Assembly: GCA_963825525.1 (NCBI GenBank)
Contig: CAWGTN010000002.1
Coordinates: 160,001-224,000 of the forward strand
DNA: 64,000 bases
Source: an uncultured Chloroflexia bacterium
GTDB taxonomy: Bacteria; Chloroflexota; Limnocylindria; QHBO01
Direction: 5' to 3'
Part shown: one piece after another, positions 61,718 to 64,000 of the stretch
How positions within the stretch are numbered: position 1 is the first letter of the stretch
Layout: the number at the start of each line of letters is the position of its first letter
Notes under the pieces: generated by a model
The model's input: only the letters and a program-made list of their open reading frames with translations
The model's database searches: none
What the model was told of the DNA's origin: nothing
Translations under genes and position numbers: made by a program

Positions 61718-64000
61718 ATGTTCAGGCCGGTTTCGAGCAAGCTGGAGGTCCCCGCGCTCGAGCGCGAGGTGATTGCTCGTTGGCGCGAACGCGACACGAT
61801 GGCCCGCTACCTCGCTCGGAACGACGAGTCCGACCGTCGCTTCAGCTTCATCGACGGCCCGATCACGGCGAACAACCCGATGGGCGTCCATCACGCCTGG
61901 GGGCGAACGTACAAGGACCTCTTCCAGCGCTATCACACCATGCTCGGCGAGAAGCAGCGCTACCAGAACGGCTTCGACTGCCAGGGCCTGTGGATCGAGG
62001 TCGAGGTCGAGCGCCAGCTCGGCTTCAACAACAAGCGCCAGATCGAGGAATTCGGCATCGGGAAGTTCGTCGACCTGTGCAAGGCGCGGGTCGACCAGTT
62101 CGCGGGCATCCAGACCGAGCAGAGCAAGCGCCTGGGCTACTGGATGGACTGGGACAACAGCTACTACACCAACTCGGACGAGAACAACTACACGATCTGG
62201 TCCTTCCTGGCCGAGTGCCGACGCCGCGAGCTTCTCTATCGCGGACATGACGTCATGCCCTGGTGCCCACGCTGCGGGACCGGCATCAGCAACATGGAGG
62301 CGGCCGAGGGATACCGGGACGTCCGACACCTGTCGGTCATCGTCCGACTGCCGATCACCACCGAAGGGCACGACGGCGAGGACCTGCTGGTCTGGACGAC
62401 CACGCCGTGGACCCTGTCGAGCAACGTCGCCGCGGCCGTTCATCCGGGGCTGACGTACGACCTGGTGGAGGGTGCGGATGGCCGCCGTTGGTGGGTGAGC
62501 ACCGGATCGAGGCCGCGCGTCGCGCCGGACGCCACCGTCATCCGCCAGGCACCCGGGTCGGATCTGGTTGACCTGGCCTACACGGGTCCGTTCGATGAGT
62601 TCCCGGCGGCTGCCGGCGTCGCGCACCGCGTGATCCCGTGGACCGACGTCTCCGATGCCGAGGGCACCGGCATCGTGCATATCGCCCCCGGCTGCGGGCA
62701 GGAGGACTTCGCGCTGTCGAAGGCGTTCGACCTTGCGGTGATCGACCCCATCGACCAGTTCGGCGTCTTCGGCGAGGGGTTCGGGTGGCAGACCGGGCGG
62801 TACGCGGGCGCGAGCGACGACCCGCAGCACGACCTGGCGCGCGACGTGGTGGCGGACCTCGATGCGCGAAAGCTCCTCGTCGCGAAGGAGAGCTACGAGC
62901 ACTCGTATCCGCACTGCTGGCGTTGCGGCACCCAGCTCATCTTCCGGCTGGTGGACGAGTGGTTCATCGCCATGGACCCGCTCCGCGAGCCGATCGGCGA
63001 GTCGACGCGCAGCGCACGGTGGCTGCCCGACGGCATCGGCCTCGAGGAGCGCGAGATCGACTGGCTCCGGAACATGGGCGACTGGATGATCAGCAAGAAG
63101 CGCTACTACGGCCTGGCGCTCCCGATCTGGGAGTGCACCGAGTGCGACGGCTGGGAGGTCATCGGCTCGAAGGAGGAGCTCCGCGAGCGCGCCACCGCCG
63201 GCTGGGACGAGTTCGAGGGCCATTCCCCGCATCGGCCATGGATCGATGCGGTCGAGATCGCGTGCGCCGCCTGCGGTGGTTCGGCGCGGCGCACGACCGA
63301 CGTCGGCAACCCGTGGCTGGATGCCGGGATCGTGGCGCTCTCGACCCTGAAATGGAACACGGACCGCGACTACTGGAGACAGTGGTATCCGGCCGATCTC
63401 ATCACCGAGTCCTTCCCCGGCCAGTTCCGTAACTGGTTCTACGCCCTGCTGACCGAGTCGACGGTGATGACCTCCGAGGCGCCGATGCGCACGCTCTTCG
63501 CCTACGCCCTGATGCGCGACGAACACGGCGAGGAGATGCACAAGAGCCGCGGCAACAGCATTCCGTTCGACGAGGCCGCGGAGCGCATCGGTGCCGACGT
63601 CATGCGCTGGATGTTCGCGTCCGCGAACCCGGCCGTGAACCTGAACTTCGGGTACGGGCCGGGCCACGAGGTCGTTCGGCGCTTCTTCCTGCCGCTCTGG
63701 AACACGTATGGGTTCCTCGTCACCTACGCGCGCATCGACGGCTGGACCCCGGATCAGCTCGATGGCGTTCCTGATGCACGGACGCCGCTCGACCGCTGGA
63801 TCCTGTCGCGGCTGGACGGCCTGGTGGGCGAGGTGGGGGCGGCCTATGCCGGCTACGACGCCCAGGCGCGCGGGTCGGGCCATCGAATCGTTCGTGGCGG
63901 ACCTGTCGAACTGGTACGTGCGCCGCAACCGGCGACGGTTCTGGAAGGGCGAGCTCGACGCCGACAAGCGGGCCGCCTACGCGACGTTGTACGAAGTGCT
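61718..64000 (+). CDS. ileS: Isoleucyl-tRNA synthetase, type 2 (runs off the window; probable frameshift near 63870)
   Basis: Manual translation: [67 protein letters not shown]. Confidence 0.93.
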   Translation, partial: MFRPVSSKLEVPALEREVIARWRERDTMARYLARNDESDRRFSFIDGPITANNPMGVHHAWGRTYKDLFQRYHTMLGEKQRYQNGFDCQGLWIEVEVERQLGFNNKRQIEEFGIGKFVDLCKARVDQFAGIQTEQSKRLGYWMDWDNSYYTNSDENNYTIWSFLAECRRRELLYRGHDVMPWCPRCGTGISNMEAAEGYRDVRHLSVIVRLPITTEGHDGEDLLVWTTTPWTLSSNVAAAVHPGLTYDLVEGADGRRWWVSTGSRPRVAPDATVIRQAPGSDLVDLAYTGPFDEFPAAAGVAHRVIPWTDVSDAEGTGIVHIAPGCGQEDFALSKAFDLAVIDPIDQFGVFGEGFGWQTGRYAGASDDPQHDLARDVVADLDARKLLVAKESYEHSYPHCWRCGTQLIFRLVDEWFIAMDPLREPIGESTRSARWLPDGIGLEEREIDWLRNMGDWMISKKRYYGLALPIWECTECDGWEVIGSKEELRERATAGWDEFEGHSPHRPWIDAVEIACAACGGSARRTTDVGNPWLDAGIVALSTLKWNTDRDYWRQWYPADLITESFPGQFRNWFYALLTESTVMTSEAPMRTLFAYALMRDEHGEEMHKSRGNSIPFDEAAERIGADVMRWMFASANPAVNLNFGYGPGHEVVRRFFLPLWNTYGFLVTYARIDGWTPDQLDGVPDARTPLDRWILSRLDGLVGEVGAAYAGYDAQARGSGHRIVRGGPVELVRAPQPATVLEGRARRRQAGRLRDVVRSA

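Overview
High-GC bacterial chromosomal segment. Gene content and order (polA-mutM-coaE, rapZ-yvcK-whiA-tpiA-gpmI-secG, lemA-htpX, rpsF-ssb-rpsR), a GAAC-N4-GTTC SOS box and apparently leaderless genes suggest a monoderm, probably Chloroflexota (inference). Many essential genes carry 1-bp frameshifts, most likely long-read errors. The window is mostly housekeeping: a DNA-repair-rich block (polA, mutM, uvrB, UDG, uvrA, UvrD-like helicase, uvrC, recJ), Tad pilus genes, secDF, tatAC, 9 tRNAs, a yybP-ykoY riboswitch and ileS. Two accessory regions stand out. (1) At the left edge, an ORF missed by the ORF track encodes an IS256/Mutator-like DDE transposase fused to DUF4379-type zinc-ribbon repeats. 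It lies 3' of tRNA-Leu(CAA), next to an ECF sigma/anti-sigma pair. (2) A ~4.5 kb island (26536-31023) lies between imperfect direct repeats of 430 and 541 bp that duplicate the 5' end of the helicase gene. It carries a truncated tyrosine integrase, a Crp-family regulator with two tandem CRP-type boxes, and a five-gene operon of exported proteins (metzincin-like and G1/neprosin-like proteins plus partners). Also notable: an IleRS2 with the swapped GVHH signature motif, REP-like repeats between tRNAs, and a repeat-flanked Ser/Ala/Pro insertion in SecF.
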